DNA of 62,930 bases, filler included, from Octopus bimaculoides (lineage: Eukaryota), in the NCBI RefSeq assembly GCF_001194135.2. It is 9 parts of 7 records of this genome, joined end to end, with 100 filler letters (N's around TTAATTAATTAA, not from the genome) between each part and the next. Parts side by side here need not be neighbours in the genome. Positions count along the whole stretch, not along the records: positions 47,625 to 50,699 come from NC_068991.1; positions 50,800 to 56,117 come from NC_068996.1; positions 56,218 to 58,472 come from NC_068990.1; positions 58,573 to 60,811 come from NW_026428306.1; 5 more parts are not named here. The stretch is one strand, 5' to 3'. The notes beneath the pieces were generated by a model. That model saw nothing but the letters and a program-made list of their open reading frames with translations, did no database searches and had not been told where the DNA came from. Each line of letters begins with the position of its first letter. The first letter of the stretch is position 1. Below, one piece after another: positions 48,739 through 60,393 of the stretch. A program made the position numbers and the translations under genes.

Positions 48739-50800
48739 GTTATGAGCGAAAGTGGTGTCATTTAGACCCAGAGGTTTCAGGTAATGCTGAGCAAGTTCTC
48801 CGATGAAGGGATATAATAAATATTCTGGAAACAGCTGTAGGACCTACTATCTATAACTGTTCTATATTATACACAGCCTTGGTTTTTTTTTATCTCATTG
48901 CGGTATCCTTATATATATATATATGCATCTATGTATGTGTACATGTGTGTATACATTGCATATGAATCAATGTATGCATGTTTGTGTGTCTATAGTTATT
49001 ATATATATCTATATATATATATGTATATATATGTGTGTGTGTGAGTATGTGTGAATATTATAAGCATTACGGTATGACATATTGCTATTATAAACTCAGT
49101 AAATATAGTACAGGAAAAGAGTAATTATGATAATGATATTGAAGTCATTAGTATATTTTAATGTTATGTTGTTTTATGTTCAATGATCTTGAAAGTAATT
49201 ATATCAAATTAAATTAAATTTTGAAGTAGAGCCTATTGTAAATATTATACATTTCTATTATTATATTGTTCTATTCGTGATTATGAGTGCATTAAATTAT
49301 GAACATATTGATTTAAAGTGAATTATATCCCTTGAGGAATAAGAAGTTTTTTTTTTATGTGTGTAAAAGTTAGTATAGATAAAAATTATTCTTACACAAA
49401 CAACTGTACACCATATTAAAAGCATTCTTTGCAACTTACTTTTTCTGAAATTATGTCCCGTCTATTCTTCCTAAGTATAAGTGCATTTAAACACTACAAT
49501 TAGATATTTCTTTTCAAAAATCTTTTAATTTTAATTTTAGCCTTATTTTTTTTCAGGATGGGGTAATGAGTAATCATGAAAAGGACATTGAGGAACTCAT
49601 TATAATTAATTTTTTATTTAGATAATTGGTTAATTCAGCGTTTATTTAAATTTTAAGATAATAACGTTGTTATGATAATATTTTTTAGAAAGTTTCTTTC
49701 TTGTATAAACTACATAATTTTTAATTATTAATCTTTGATGTTTAGTAATGGATATTATAAATAATTAATGCAATATAGTTTATAATATTATTTGCTATTG
49801 GACTAGAGATTATAAACTATTTTAAATTTATCATTTTGCTATTCAACCATAGATAAATAGCGTTTTGTAATTATAATAACCTGTATTTTTTTTTATAATA
49901 TGAGCAAATGAAAGGGGTATTGTTCTTTGTTATACAAATATTTTTAAAGATATTTTAATAATATTGTTTGTAGTAATTTAATGAAATAAGTGCGCAAAAA
50001 CATATTTAGATTAAAATACCTAATGGTATACAAATATATTTTATGACCATTATATTAGTTTATTTTTCATATTTAAAAAAAATGTTATCATAGTTTTTGT
50101 TTTTAATTATCGACGCTCAAGCTCGAAAACATAAATCTCTTAATCGTCATATATAAAAAATTACACTGAAGAGATTCGTACCCACAAACAATGAATTTTT
50201 ATGATTTTATTATGGGTAAGAATTGAAAAAATTGTATGTAATTTGTATTTAATACTTATTATTTATTATATTTCATTATTATACGAATATAACATGATAT
50301 AAAGTTAATATATTTTAATTTTTGAATTGACAATTATATATATCTATTTTCTATTCATTTTTAAAGATTTAATATATACCCATCTCAATTGTAAAATTTT
50401 TCTCTAAAAAATTCGGTACTAATAGTGGAGCCAGTGAAAGATTGAATGTTTTCATCCATATTTTCCTTGTGCGTGTGTGTGTGTGTGTATTTATATATAT
50501 GCGTGTGTGTATATATATTATTTTCTTGTTTTAGTCGTTTGACTGCGTGACTCTAGGGCATATTCTTAGTACTTATTCGATCGGTTAGTTTTTGCCGAAA
50601 CGCTAATGACGTACACACACCAATATCGGTTGTCAAGCGATGGTGGGAGGACAAACTGAGACCCAAATTACAAATACTCACGTATATATATATATATATN
50701 NNNNNNNNNNNNNNNNNNNNNNNNNNNNNNNNNNNNNNNNNNNTTAATTAATTAANNNNNNNNNNNNNNNNNNNNNNNNNNNNNNNNNNNNNNNNNNNNA

Positions 50801-50976
50801 ATGTGGGTGGCGGTAACAACCTCAGAGAAATGTTCTGTAAACAAATTAGTAGTGTCACGAAGGTAATACAGTGAATGAAAATTTCCGATGTGGGTGGCGG
50901 TAACAACATCAGAGAAATGTTCTGTAAACAAATTAGTAGTGTCACGAAGGTAATACAGTGAATGAAAATTTTCGAT
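50801..50976. repeat. 87-bp minisatellite, two copies visible next to a gap
   Basis: atgtgggtggcggtaacaac...gaatgaaaattt(c/t)cg starts at 50801 and 50888. Confidence 0.9.
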
Positions 50977-51462
50977 TAACTGTGATTATCCAGGCAGTTA
51001 GTAGACAAAAATTCTGTCTGGATGTGATTGAAAGAAATCTAAATACTAATGGCTCTTTCGAATAGTATTTGCTTTAATATTTCACAAAATGACGGATGAA
51101 ATGCATGAAAGGTTAGCCTGGTATTATTTCTGAGAAATTCCATGTTATCTCCTTAACATGTTAATCTAATAATATTTCGTTATGTCTCGGGATAGTCATT
51201 ACATCAATATGAATGGCACACGCTCTGATTCAATTCCGTTCTTTATTATTAGTTATTTGGTTAAATATCTATCAAAATTGATCGTTTGTTTAATTTGTTG
51301 GTTAAACAGTCAGTTTCTTTGTTTTATTTGTCAAAGCTCTTTTGCTGCTATTTATAACCTTTTTTAATGACTTTTCTCTTAGTTACGGGGGATCGCGATT
51401 GTCTCTCTGAGACCTTGTTGTTTGTATGCGTGTAGATTATGGTGTGTGTGTGTGTGTGTAGG

Positions 51463-51556
<94 letters not shown>

Positions 51557-51795
51557 AGTACCACCACCATCGCTTGACAACCGATCGTGGTGTATTTATA
51601 TCCCCGTAGCTTAACGGTTCGGCAAAAATAACCGATTGAATAAGTACTAGGCTTACAAAGAATAAGTCCAGGGTCCGATTTCTTCGTCCAAAAGGCGGTG
51701 CTCCAGCATGGCCACAATAAAAATAACTGAAGCAAGTAAAAGAATGTATTGTAAGTATGTGTGTATGCTTGCATTCACGTATGTATGTGTGTGAG

Positions 51796-51827
<32 letters not shown>

Positions 51828-52179
51828 TGTGTGTGTATAAGTGTATGTATGCATGTACGCATGTATGCATGCATGTATGTTTGTGTGCGTGCGTATGCGT
51901 GTGTGTGTGTGCTTGTGTATGTGCCTGGGTTCGTGCGTGCACGTACGTCTGCTTCCGTGTGCGTCAGATGCAACATGAACTAACATAATCTTGCAAACCA
52001 AATACAAAACCGAAGTAGTCTAATGTAAATTTTACAGGAAACAGACGCTGTTGAAGGCGACACCAGCCTGACCAGAAGTTTCAAAATTCATTAGGAATAA
52101 GGACACTACATGGGAAATAACTGCGTAAACAAAACAAAACCGTAAATGTTTTACATAAGTGCAAGTCTAGAAAGCTTGG

Positions 52180-52526
52180 TCAACTTAGACTATGGATATT
52201 ATCCAACCATTCCATTCTTGATCTACCCCTCGGTCTCTTGCCAGATGTAGGGATAAAGTCCTCAAGCACCTCCTCCTCCTCCATACGATCCTATCAGAAG
52301 CAACTGTCATTATACTTTCTAAATGGATTCCTACTAAGACTATGGATATTATCCAACCATTCCATTCTTGGTCTACCCCTCAGTCTCTTGCCAGGTGTAT
52401 GGTGAAGTCCTCAGGCATCTCCTCCCCCATAGGGTCCTATCAGAAGCAACTGTCGTTATACTTTATAAATGGATTCCCAAGAATGACCTACCAAGACTAT
52501 GGATACCATCCAGCCATTCCATTCTT
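52180..52526 (-). repeat. Tandemly repeated (~150 bp) 3' end of an RTE LINE
   Basis: agactatggatattatccaaccattccattctt recurs at about 52186, 52336, 52494 and 53076. Minus-strand translation gives RGRSRMEWLDNIHSL...ASDRIVW, the RTE C-terminus. Confidence 0.7.
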
Positions 52527-52703
52527 ACATTATTTACATTATTTGCATTCGATGGATATTTGTCCTCATCTTGTTTGTTGTTAACACAATATTTCGGCTG
52601 ATATACCCTCCAGCCTTCATCAGGTGTCTTGGGGAAATTTCGAACCTGGGTTCTCATTCCTAAGGTATTTTTCGATGTTATTATTATTATTATTATTATT
52701 ATA

Positions 52704-52791
<88 letters not shown>

Positions 52792-52861
52792 TCACTGCCT
52801 GGAATCGAACTCGGAATCTTGGGGTTAGTAGCCCGCGCTCTTAACCACTATGCCCATGGGC
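52527..52861 (-). mobile_element. tRNA-headed short element with hammerhead ribozyme, copy 1
   Basis: Minus strand: A-box-like ggcatagtgg, B-box gagttcgattcc, then (TAA)n, a unique body, the hammerhead motif and an (aaataatgt)n tail. Confidence 0.85.
52584..52627 (-). ncRNA. Minimal type I hammerhead ribozyme (PLE-type), intact core
   Basis: ACAC CUGAUGA A GGCUG gaggguauau CAGCC GAAA UA U U GUGU. Stem I is ACAC/GUGU, stem II is a perfect 5 bp, the GAAA box is intact, the stem III region is palindromic (AUAU) and the putative cleavage triplet is AUU. Confidence 0.75.
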
Positions 52862-53056
52862 ATATGGCGTAAAGGGTTAAGATCACGGGCTACTAAGCCC
52901 AAGATTCCGAGTCGATTCCAAGCAGCAACCTGAACAATAATAATAACATCAAAAAATACGTTAGGAATGAGAACCCAGGTTCGAAATTTCCCCAAGACAC
53001 CTGATGAAGGCTGGAGGGTATATCAGCCAAAACATTGTGTTAACAACAAACAAGAT
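52860..53056 (+). mobile_element. tRNA-headed short element with hammerhead ribozyme, copy 2 (3'-truncated)
   Basis: gcatatggcgtaaaggg...gagtcgattcc...aataataataac...ccccaagacacctgatgaaggctggagggtatatcagccaaaacattgtgttaacaacaaacaag is colinear with the reverse complement of copy 1. Confidence 0.85.
52997..53040 (+). ncRNA. Hammerhead motif, probably inactive (G12 to A)
   Basis: ACAC CTGATGA A GGCTG...CAGCC AAAA CATT GTGT; the GAAA box is changed to AAAA, consistent with CpG decay. Confidence 0.65.
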
Positions 53057-53370
53057 TCCCAAGCATGACCTACTAAGACTATGGATATTATCCAACCATT
53101 CCATTCTTGATCTACCCTTAGGTCCCCTGTCGATTAGCTGGGTCTGAAAATCGGTCTTGCGATTCTTTCCAGCGATTCTTTCACGTGTTTATAGAACCTG
53201 AGCTGTGACCACTCAGTGCAGAGAAGAAAAGGCTCCACTTGGAGAGATTCCCTGTTCTCCAAGCTATGCACTCTTTTGAGTAACGTTACTCTAGAAATCC
53301 TTCGAAAGAACACCATTTTTTGCTGTTTGTATTTACGATCGTAACCCGTTCTGTCATTTGCTAACATTCA
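53054..53370 (-). mobile_element. RTE-clade LINE 3' fragment
   Basis: KMVFFRRISRVTLLKRVHSLENRESLQVEPFLLCTEWSQLRFYKHV...ERIARPI, continuing into the RGRSRMEWLD repeat unit. Confidence 0.8.
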
Positions 53371-53559
53371 TAACAATAGGAAAAGACAGGCTGAAAAGCC
53401 GAATTGATGATAACAAGTTTGGCTTTTCTACTCTTTTACCTACCTCACCTCTTCTGTGGAATGCTGAAGCTAGCGCATTACTCTTGTATATCATTATAAA
53501 TACCACTCCTCTAAAATTTATACTAAATATTACTCTCAGTATTTCTCCCTAAAATATTA

Positions 53560-53870
53560 GCACTCCGTTGGTTAAGACGAGGGTTTCATTTGATCCAATC
53601 AACGGAACAACCTGCTCGTGAAATGAATGTACAAATGGCTGAACACTGCACAGACACGTGACCCTTAATATGGTTCCCAGGGAGATTCCTCGTCACACAG
53701 AATGCAACATGTTTGACCCTTTGGATTACGGGTACAGTTCATCTTTGCCAGCTGAGTGGACTGGGGCAGCGTGAAATAAGTGCCTTGTTTAAGGATAAAA
53801 CGCCCGCCAGGATCGAACTCACGACTTACGATCGTGAGTCATATACCCTGACTTCTAACACGCGCTTCAT
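53560..53870 (-). mobile_element. tRNA-derived SINE family C
   Basis: Colinear with 5145-5522; B-box-like gagttcgatcc on the minus strand. Confidence 0.75.
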
Positions 53871-54049
53871 TCCACTAAATACTACTTAGCTAAATTTGCT
53901 CCCTAAAATATACTTAAACTATTACTATAAATGCTATACCTTTAAAACAGAAAAACCAGCGTTACTCTTCTAAACACTACTTCTCAAATCACTACTCCTG
54001 TAGATATTGGTCCCCTTTTTTTAATACTCCTCTATCGTGTAACATCTTG

Positions 54050-54670
54050 AGAAACCATACTCTGAGCATTAAGATCAGGATCCGTATATTCGCCTGCTAT
54101 GTTTACTCTGCGTTACTGTATTGAAGCGATGCATGATCTATAAACTCAGAAATATGAAGGTGCTCGGGGAGCTGTGAAATGTGATTCTTAAGGAGAATTT
54201 TAAGAAAAGCATTGATAGACAAAGCATCTAATGAAGAAGTGATAACCCCCTGAGCTGTGGTAAGCAGGAAAGTGTTTTATGATATAAGTGCCATGCAACT
54301 GAGATTTTTTTGGTCATTTGGTGAGGAAAAAATGCTTGAAGAACTTGGCGATTAAAAGAAAAAGAAACAGAATAAAAGGATGATGTGAATGACTAGTTTG
54401 ATGAACTATTAGGTAGAAAGAGGCATTAGACATCAAGAAATGTAACTGTTCCGACCATGTAATGAGGAATGAGGGCCTGGAGAATTTGGCGATGAACAGA
54501 AAGATTTAAAAGAAAAAAGAAACACAGAGGGCGGAATGGGATGTTATGGATGTCAAGCTTGATGAACTGGTTGGAAGAAAGAGGAAGTGGAATTGTTACA
54601 GAAAATAAAGAGCAGGGAATTGTGGCAGGACAGGATCATCTATATCCTACATTCTGAACATGGCACCTAA
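54050..54670 (+). mobile_element. Heavily degraded RTE-like LINE 3' fragment
   Basis: TLSIKIRIRIFACYVYSALLY...EM*FLRRILRK...KASNEEV, followed by a duplicated ...LENLA...KR...RGR segment. Confidence 0.6.
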
Positions 54671-55472
54671 GAGAAAGAAAGGCAAGTGTACTCCTCAAAA
54701 GTGTACTTCTCAAAGTATTAATCTTCTAAACAGTGTACTCCTTAGCATTACTCCTCTAACTGTTACTCTTCTAAATTCGGTCGAAAATAACCACATAAAT
54801 ATTACATATGAGTCAGTGATTAATAAAATCCTTTAAACTATTAATAACAATGAAGGATATTTGGAATGTCACTGCGTAATATTTGTATGTGCGTGTGTGT
54901 ATGTGCATGTGAGTGTGTGTATGCGTGCATGATGTGTGTGCATGTGTGTGTGTCTGCGTGTGTGTGTGAGTGTGTATGTATGTGCGCGCGCGTATACATG
55001 AGTTTGTGTACGTTCGAGAGCGTGTGTATGATCTCATGTTCGAGTGTGGTCTATTTTGGTAGAGCTCACAGATATATAACATTCAGATATCGCAATGATT
55101 AACGATTAGGAAAATCATGATGATGATGTTGTTGGAGGTGGTGGTGATGGTGGTGGTGGTGGTGGTGTTGAGGAGGAGGAGGAGGAGGAGGGTGTTGGTG
55201 GTGATAGTTGTTGAATGATGTACGATGTTGTACGATGGACGATATAAATACGACGCCAATAACGCCTACACATGGACGTTCTAATAGAATCGTTATTTGT
55301 TCATTAAAAAGAACATCAATATAGTTTTGAGAATATGTCAGGAAAGTAGGAACGCTAAATCTTGTGGGAAAGAGGAAAGAAAAAAAAACACAAAGGAAGA
55401 AACCTGCGTCTTCAACTAATGATGTTCGAAACTAATTGAAACGATATTAAACAAGTATCATATGTACACACG

Positions 55473-55506
<34 letters not shown>

Positions 55507-55574
55507 CACACACACACATGCGCGCACACAAACACGCATACACACACAGACACACAGAGTTTTTGTGTTCCTTA

Positions 55575-55735
55575 GGCTGTGTGGTTAAGAAGGTCGCTTC
55601 CCAACTATGTGGTGTTGGGTTCAGACCCACTGCGTGATACTTTGGGCATGTGTCTTCTATCATAAGCCTCAGGTTGACCAAAGCGGTGAAATTGGATTTG
55701 GTAGACGAAAACTGGAAGGGGCCTGTCATATTTGT
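55575..55735 (+). mobile_element. SINE family A head and core
   Basis: ggctgtgtggttaagaaggtcgcttcccaactatgtggtgttgggttcagacccactgcgtgatactttgggcatgtgtcttc. Confidence 0.7.
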
Positions 55736-55742
55736 GTTTGTG

Positions 55743-55785
<43 letters not shown>

Positions 55786-56975
55786 GCACACACACACATA
55801 TTGTTTATATTATATGAATTTTAGAAGCTTCAAGAAATATGAAATAAACAGCTTTTGACGAAGAATCTCGAATTAGATAAAACTCGCAATAATAACGTAC
55901 AAAAAATATTAGGTTAAGAACACTTGGATGGTAAAAAAGATTGGAAAGCAACCGGTAGTTCACGAACGCACATTATCGGTAAATATAACAAGTAGCCATA
56001 AATTTTCTATCATCTTAAGGAATTTTTAACCGAAACTTCTACGTGCTAAATTCATATCTTTATCTACTTTGAGTTCCACCGTTACATGTGCGTGCGCACA
56101 CACACATATTCATATATNNNNNNNNNNNNNNNNNNNNNNNNNNNNNNNNNNNNNNNNNNNNTTAATTAATTAANNNNNNNNNNNNNNNNNNNNNNNNNNN
56201 NNNNNNNNNNNNNNNNNTTTATCCTATATTATATTATATATATATATATATATAGTTAAAACTTACTGTACAAAGGTTAACGCGTGCGTTCTGTCGTGAT
56301 ACAAACAATATATGAGTATATGCGTATATATGTACATGTATGTACATACCTTCATCTACATGTACATATAGATACATAACTGGGTACATGACGTGGCAAA
56401 AGAACATGGACAAAATGATAAACAAGGTACAACAAACAAGCAAGCCACATAGAAACATCTCCTTCATCAGCTGCCACCATTAAAACACCGGCGTTTCGAA
56501 GAATTAAGGCAGTACGCATCGTTGTGAAAGAGAACGAAAGAGAGAGGGGAAAGAGTGGGAGAGCAAGAAAGAGTCAAAGAAGCGAAGCGTAAGATGTATG
56601 AGTGAAAGGGTGGGAGAGGAATGGGAAGGGAGACAAGAAGACGAAAGTGAAATAAAAAGAGAAATGGAAGAGCAAGAAATAGATCGAAAGATATGAAGAC
56701 AGCCATTTATATCTATCTATACATACATACATACATACATACATACATACATACACACACACATACATACATACATACATACATACATACATACATACAT
56801 ANNNNNNNNNNNNNNNNNNNNNNNNNNNNNNNNNNNNNNNNNNNNNNNNNNNNNNNNNNNNNNNNNNNNNNNNNNNNNNNNNNNNNNNNNNNNNNNNNNN
56901 NNNNNNNNNNNNNNNNNNNNNNNNNNNNNNNNNNNNNNNNNNNNNNNNNNNNNNNNNNNNNNNNNNNNNNNNNNN

Positions 56976-57013
<38 letters not shown>

Positions 57014-57239
57014 CAGACAGACAGTAGATAGGTTGACAAATTCATAATTAGAGAGATTTATAGATAGATAGACAAATAAATGGATAAACTGATAAAAGAT
57101 ATATAGGTAGGTAGACTGATTGTTAGGCAGACAGACAGATAGATAGATAGATAGATAGATAGATATACACATACGTAGTTAATTAGCTAGGTAGAGGGTG
57201 CATGAGTGAGTGACTGAGAGAGAGGGAGTGAGAGTGAGA

Positions 57240-57560
57240 GAGAGAGAGAGAGTAGAAAACTACATTGCGCAAGTATAGCTTAATCTCTAGCAATAAGGAG
57301 AAAGATAGAAAGAGAGAGAGAGGAGGGGAGAGAAAAAGAGAGAAAAAGAGAGAAAAAGAGAGAGAGTAGGAAACTACATTGCGCAAATATACCTTAATCT
57401 CTAGGAACAAGGAGAAAGATAGAAAGAGAGAGAGAGAGAGGGAGAGAGAGAAAGAGAGAAAAAGAGAGAGTAGGAAACTACATTACGTAAGTATACCTCA
57501 ATCTCTAGCAACAAAGTGAAAGAGATAGAAATAGAGAGAGAGAGAGAGAGAGGAGGGAGG
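57240..57560. repeat. ~110-bp GA-rich minisatellite x3
   Basis: gagagtag(g/a)aaactacatt(g/a)cg(c/t)aa(g/a)tata(g/c)ct(t/c)aatctctag occurs three times, separated by (GA)n tracts. Confidence 0.85.
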
Positions 57561-58123
57561 AAAATGTCATAACGTTCATTGTGCATAATAATCTGTCACA
57601 GAATTGATTACATCACAGACACACACACACACACACAACCCTCCATATAAACACGCACGCACGCATACACACACAACTCACCACAAAAACAAATACTTAC
57701 ACACACACACACACACATATACCAACATACACACACACGCATGTAACAAAAACAAACATATGCAACTACAATATTACACACGTACACGCAGAAAATAAAC
57801 ACAGGTCGGATCTCCTTACTTCCTCGCAGTTAAAAAATCTGGCTCCTGTTACAAGACCGTTCTGAGTAACATATATACACATACCGAGTGTATCGTGGAT
57901 TAAGTGAGTCACAGGTGTTTACATCAACGGAAAACATGGGCTAAATATCGATCGATATAATTGTTTAATCGTCTAAGGCACCTTCACTAATTAAAATCTT
58001 TCACATATTGCACACTGTTGTTTCGTGTTAGCCTACAAATTAACGTACAGATCAATAAGTGTTAGAGCTGACGACATGTTATTTTTCTTTCGATATGCTA
58101 AAGCAATAATATTGAAAATATGC

Positions 58124-58182
<59 letters not shown>

Positions 58183-58213
58183 GAAAGTTTAAAAGAGTGT
58201 CATTGTCATCTAG

Positions 58214-58250
<37 letters not shown>

Positions 58251-58253
<3 letters not shown>

Positions 58254-58472
58254 CCCCAAAAAAGGACCATTAAAACAACGAACTTAGCACCTGAGCAACT
58301 CTGGGCCCCTATAACAACTGAAGAGGTCACCCAGACACTGCAAAGACTAAGCAACTGGAAAGCACCTGGACACGACAAGATCCCCAATTTCTGGTTAAAA
58401 CACCTGCCAGCAATGCATAAAAAGCTGGCAGAAAACTTTAACAACATAATAGCAGATCCAGAAACAATGCCT
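58251..58472 (+). mobile_element. Third R4/Dong-like 5'-truncated fragment starting at (AAT)n
   Basis: ITTEEVTQTLQRLSNWKAPGHDKIPNFWLKHLPAMHKKLAENFNNIIADPETMP follows (AAT)n 58216-58250 and runs into a gap. Confidence 0.85.
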
Positions 58473-58684
58473 NNNNNNNNNNNNNNNNNNNNNNNNNNNN
58501 NNNNNNNNNNNNNNNNTTAATTAATTAANNNNNNNNNNNNNNNNNNNNNNNNNNNNNNNNNNNNNNNNNNNNAATTTATATAAGGGCATTACTATACAGT
58601 AATGCCTCACGCTTAGACTGACTACTTGATAAATTCTTATAAAGATTTTATCCTTATAGTATATATATATATATATATATATAC

Positions 58685-59071
58685 TCTTTTACTTGCTTCA
58701 GGTATTTGACTGAGGCCATGCTGGAGCACTGCCTTTAGTCAAGCAAAACGACCCCAGAGCTTATTCTTTGTAAGCCTAGTACTTATTCTATCGTTCTCTT
58801 TTGCCGAACCGCTAAGTTACTGTGACGTAAACATACCAACAGCGGTTGTCAAGCGATGTCGTAGGGGGGACAAACACAGACACGCAAACATACACACACA
58901 CATACATATATACGATGGGCTTTCAGTTTTCGTCTACCAAATCCACTCACAAGGCTTTGGTCGTCCCGAGGCTATAGTAGAGGACACTTGCCGAAGGTCC
59001 CACGCCGTGGGACTGAACCTGGGACCATATGGTTGGTAAGCAAGCTACTTACCACACATCCACTCCTGCAC
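58685..59071 (-). mobile_element. Full-length SINE family A
   Basis: Colinear with 14150-14551. Confidence 0.85.
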
Positions 59072-60349
59072 TGGACTGTGGCCATGCTAGTGCACAACCT
59101 TGAAGTGTTTTGTCGAACAAATCGACTGCAGTACTTATTTATTTTATAAGTCTGGTACTCATTCTATCGAATTGTGCTGAATTTCTAAGTCACGAGACGG
59201 AGGTGCCTGATGGTGGTATAGGAAAACACACAAACACAAAGACACATAAACAGTCATATACCTGTGGATGAAACATTAGCAATATGCAAATTAGAAAGAC
59301 CAGTTTTTTCTTTGTCTCAATTAATATACAAGATAAATAACGTATAAGTTAATCGTCTCTCTTTGATCGAAAGCAGCGTACTCACTTTCTGCTAAACGTC
59401 TATCGTTACCAGAAGCTTATCAAACAGATCACATTCTCTGCAGACCAAAGCAAAGAGTTGAAACCGGTTTCGTAACTTACGGCATGAACAACCAAATCGC
59501 CCTTCCTCGTAATATACTAAGGGTTTTAGAGCATCACCATCCATAGAATATAATACAGAAAGCTGTTTCCATCGATATTCGAATTAGAAAGGAGTACACA
59601 GTTATACACAACACGTATAGAATGGTTTTTTCTGCAAGGAGACACATTGTCTCCAGTAGAAGATGCGTACATGCACATCTTTACTCTTTCTAGCCAGACT
59701 ACATTTTGTTTAATATAAAATTAAAACATTCATTAAAAATGATCAAAAACAGAAAAAAAAAAAACTGTGTTCTGCAGCCCTTTCTCTCCCTTTTTAAGGA
59801 ACTTCATGGAATATTGAATTTAGCTTNNNNNNNNNNNNNNNNNNNNNNNNNNNNNNNNNNNNNNNNNNNNNNNNNNNNNNNNNNNNNNNNNNNNNNNNNN
59901 NNNNNNNNNNNNNNNNNNNNNNNNNNNNNNNNNNNNNNNNNNNNNNNNNNNNNNNNNNNNNNNNNNNNNNNNNNNNNNNNNNNNNNNNNNNNNNNNNNNN
60001 NNNNNNNNNNNNNNNNNNNNNNNNNNNNNNNNNNNNNNNNNNNNNNNNNNNNNNNNNNNNNNNNNNNNNNNNNNNNNNNNNNNNNNNNNNNNNNNNNNNN
60101 NNNNNNNNNNNNNNNNNNNNNNNNNNNNNNNNNNNNNNNNNNNNNNNNNNNNNNNNNNNNNNNNNNNNNNNNNNNNNNNNNNNNNNNNNNNNNNNNNNNN
60201 NNNNNNNNNNNNNNNNNNNNNNNNNNNNNNNNNNNNNNNNNNNNNTACACATATACACATGTCTAAATTAATGTGTCAGTATGTGTAATTGTGTCATTCT
60301 ATCCACATATATATATATGTGCAAGGAGGGGTGTATGTGCGTGTGTGTG

Positions 60350-60393
<44 letters not shown>

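Noticed and set aside
49000-50450. Extremely AT-rich block considered as a mitochondrial insertion or single-exon receptor gene
   Set aside because: No ORF of 60 aa or more and no recognisable mitochondrial rRNA, tRNA or protein motifs.
52790-52915. tRNA-like sequences (also in SINE A, C and D heads) as tRNA genes
   Set aside because: A/B boxes are present, but no complete acceptor stem or terminator is evident and they are fused to repeat bodies; they are SINE heads.
52180-53110. Regularly spaced repeats as a CRISPR-like array
   Set aside because: The intervening sequence is also repeated (no unique spacers), the unit translates as an RTE C-terminus, and the context is eukaryotic with no cas genes.
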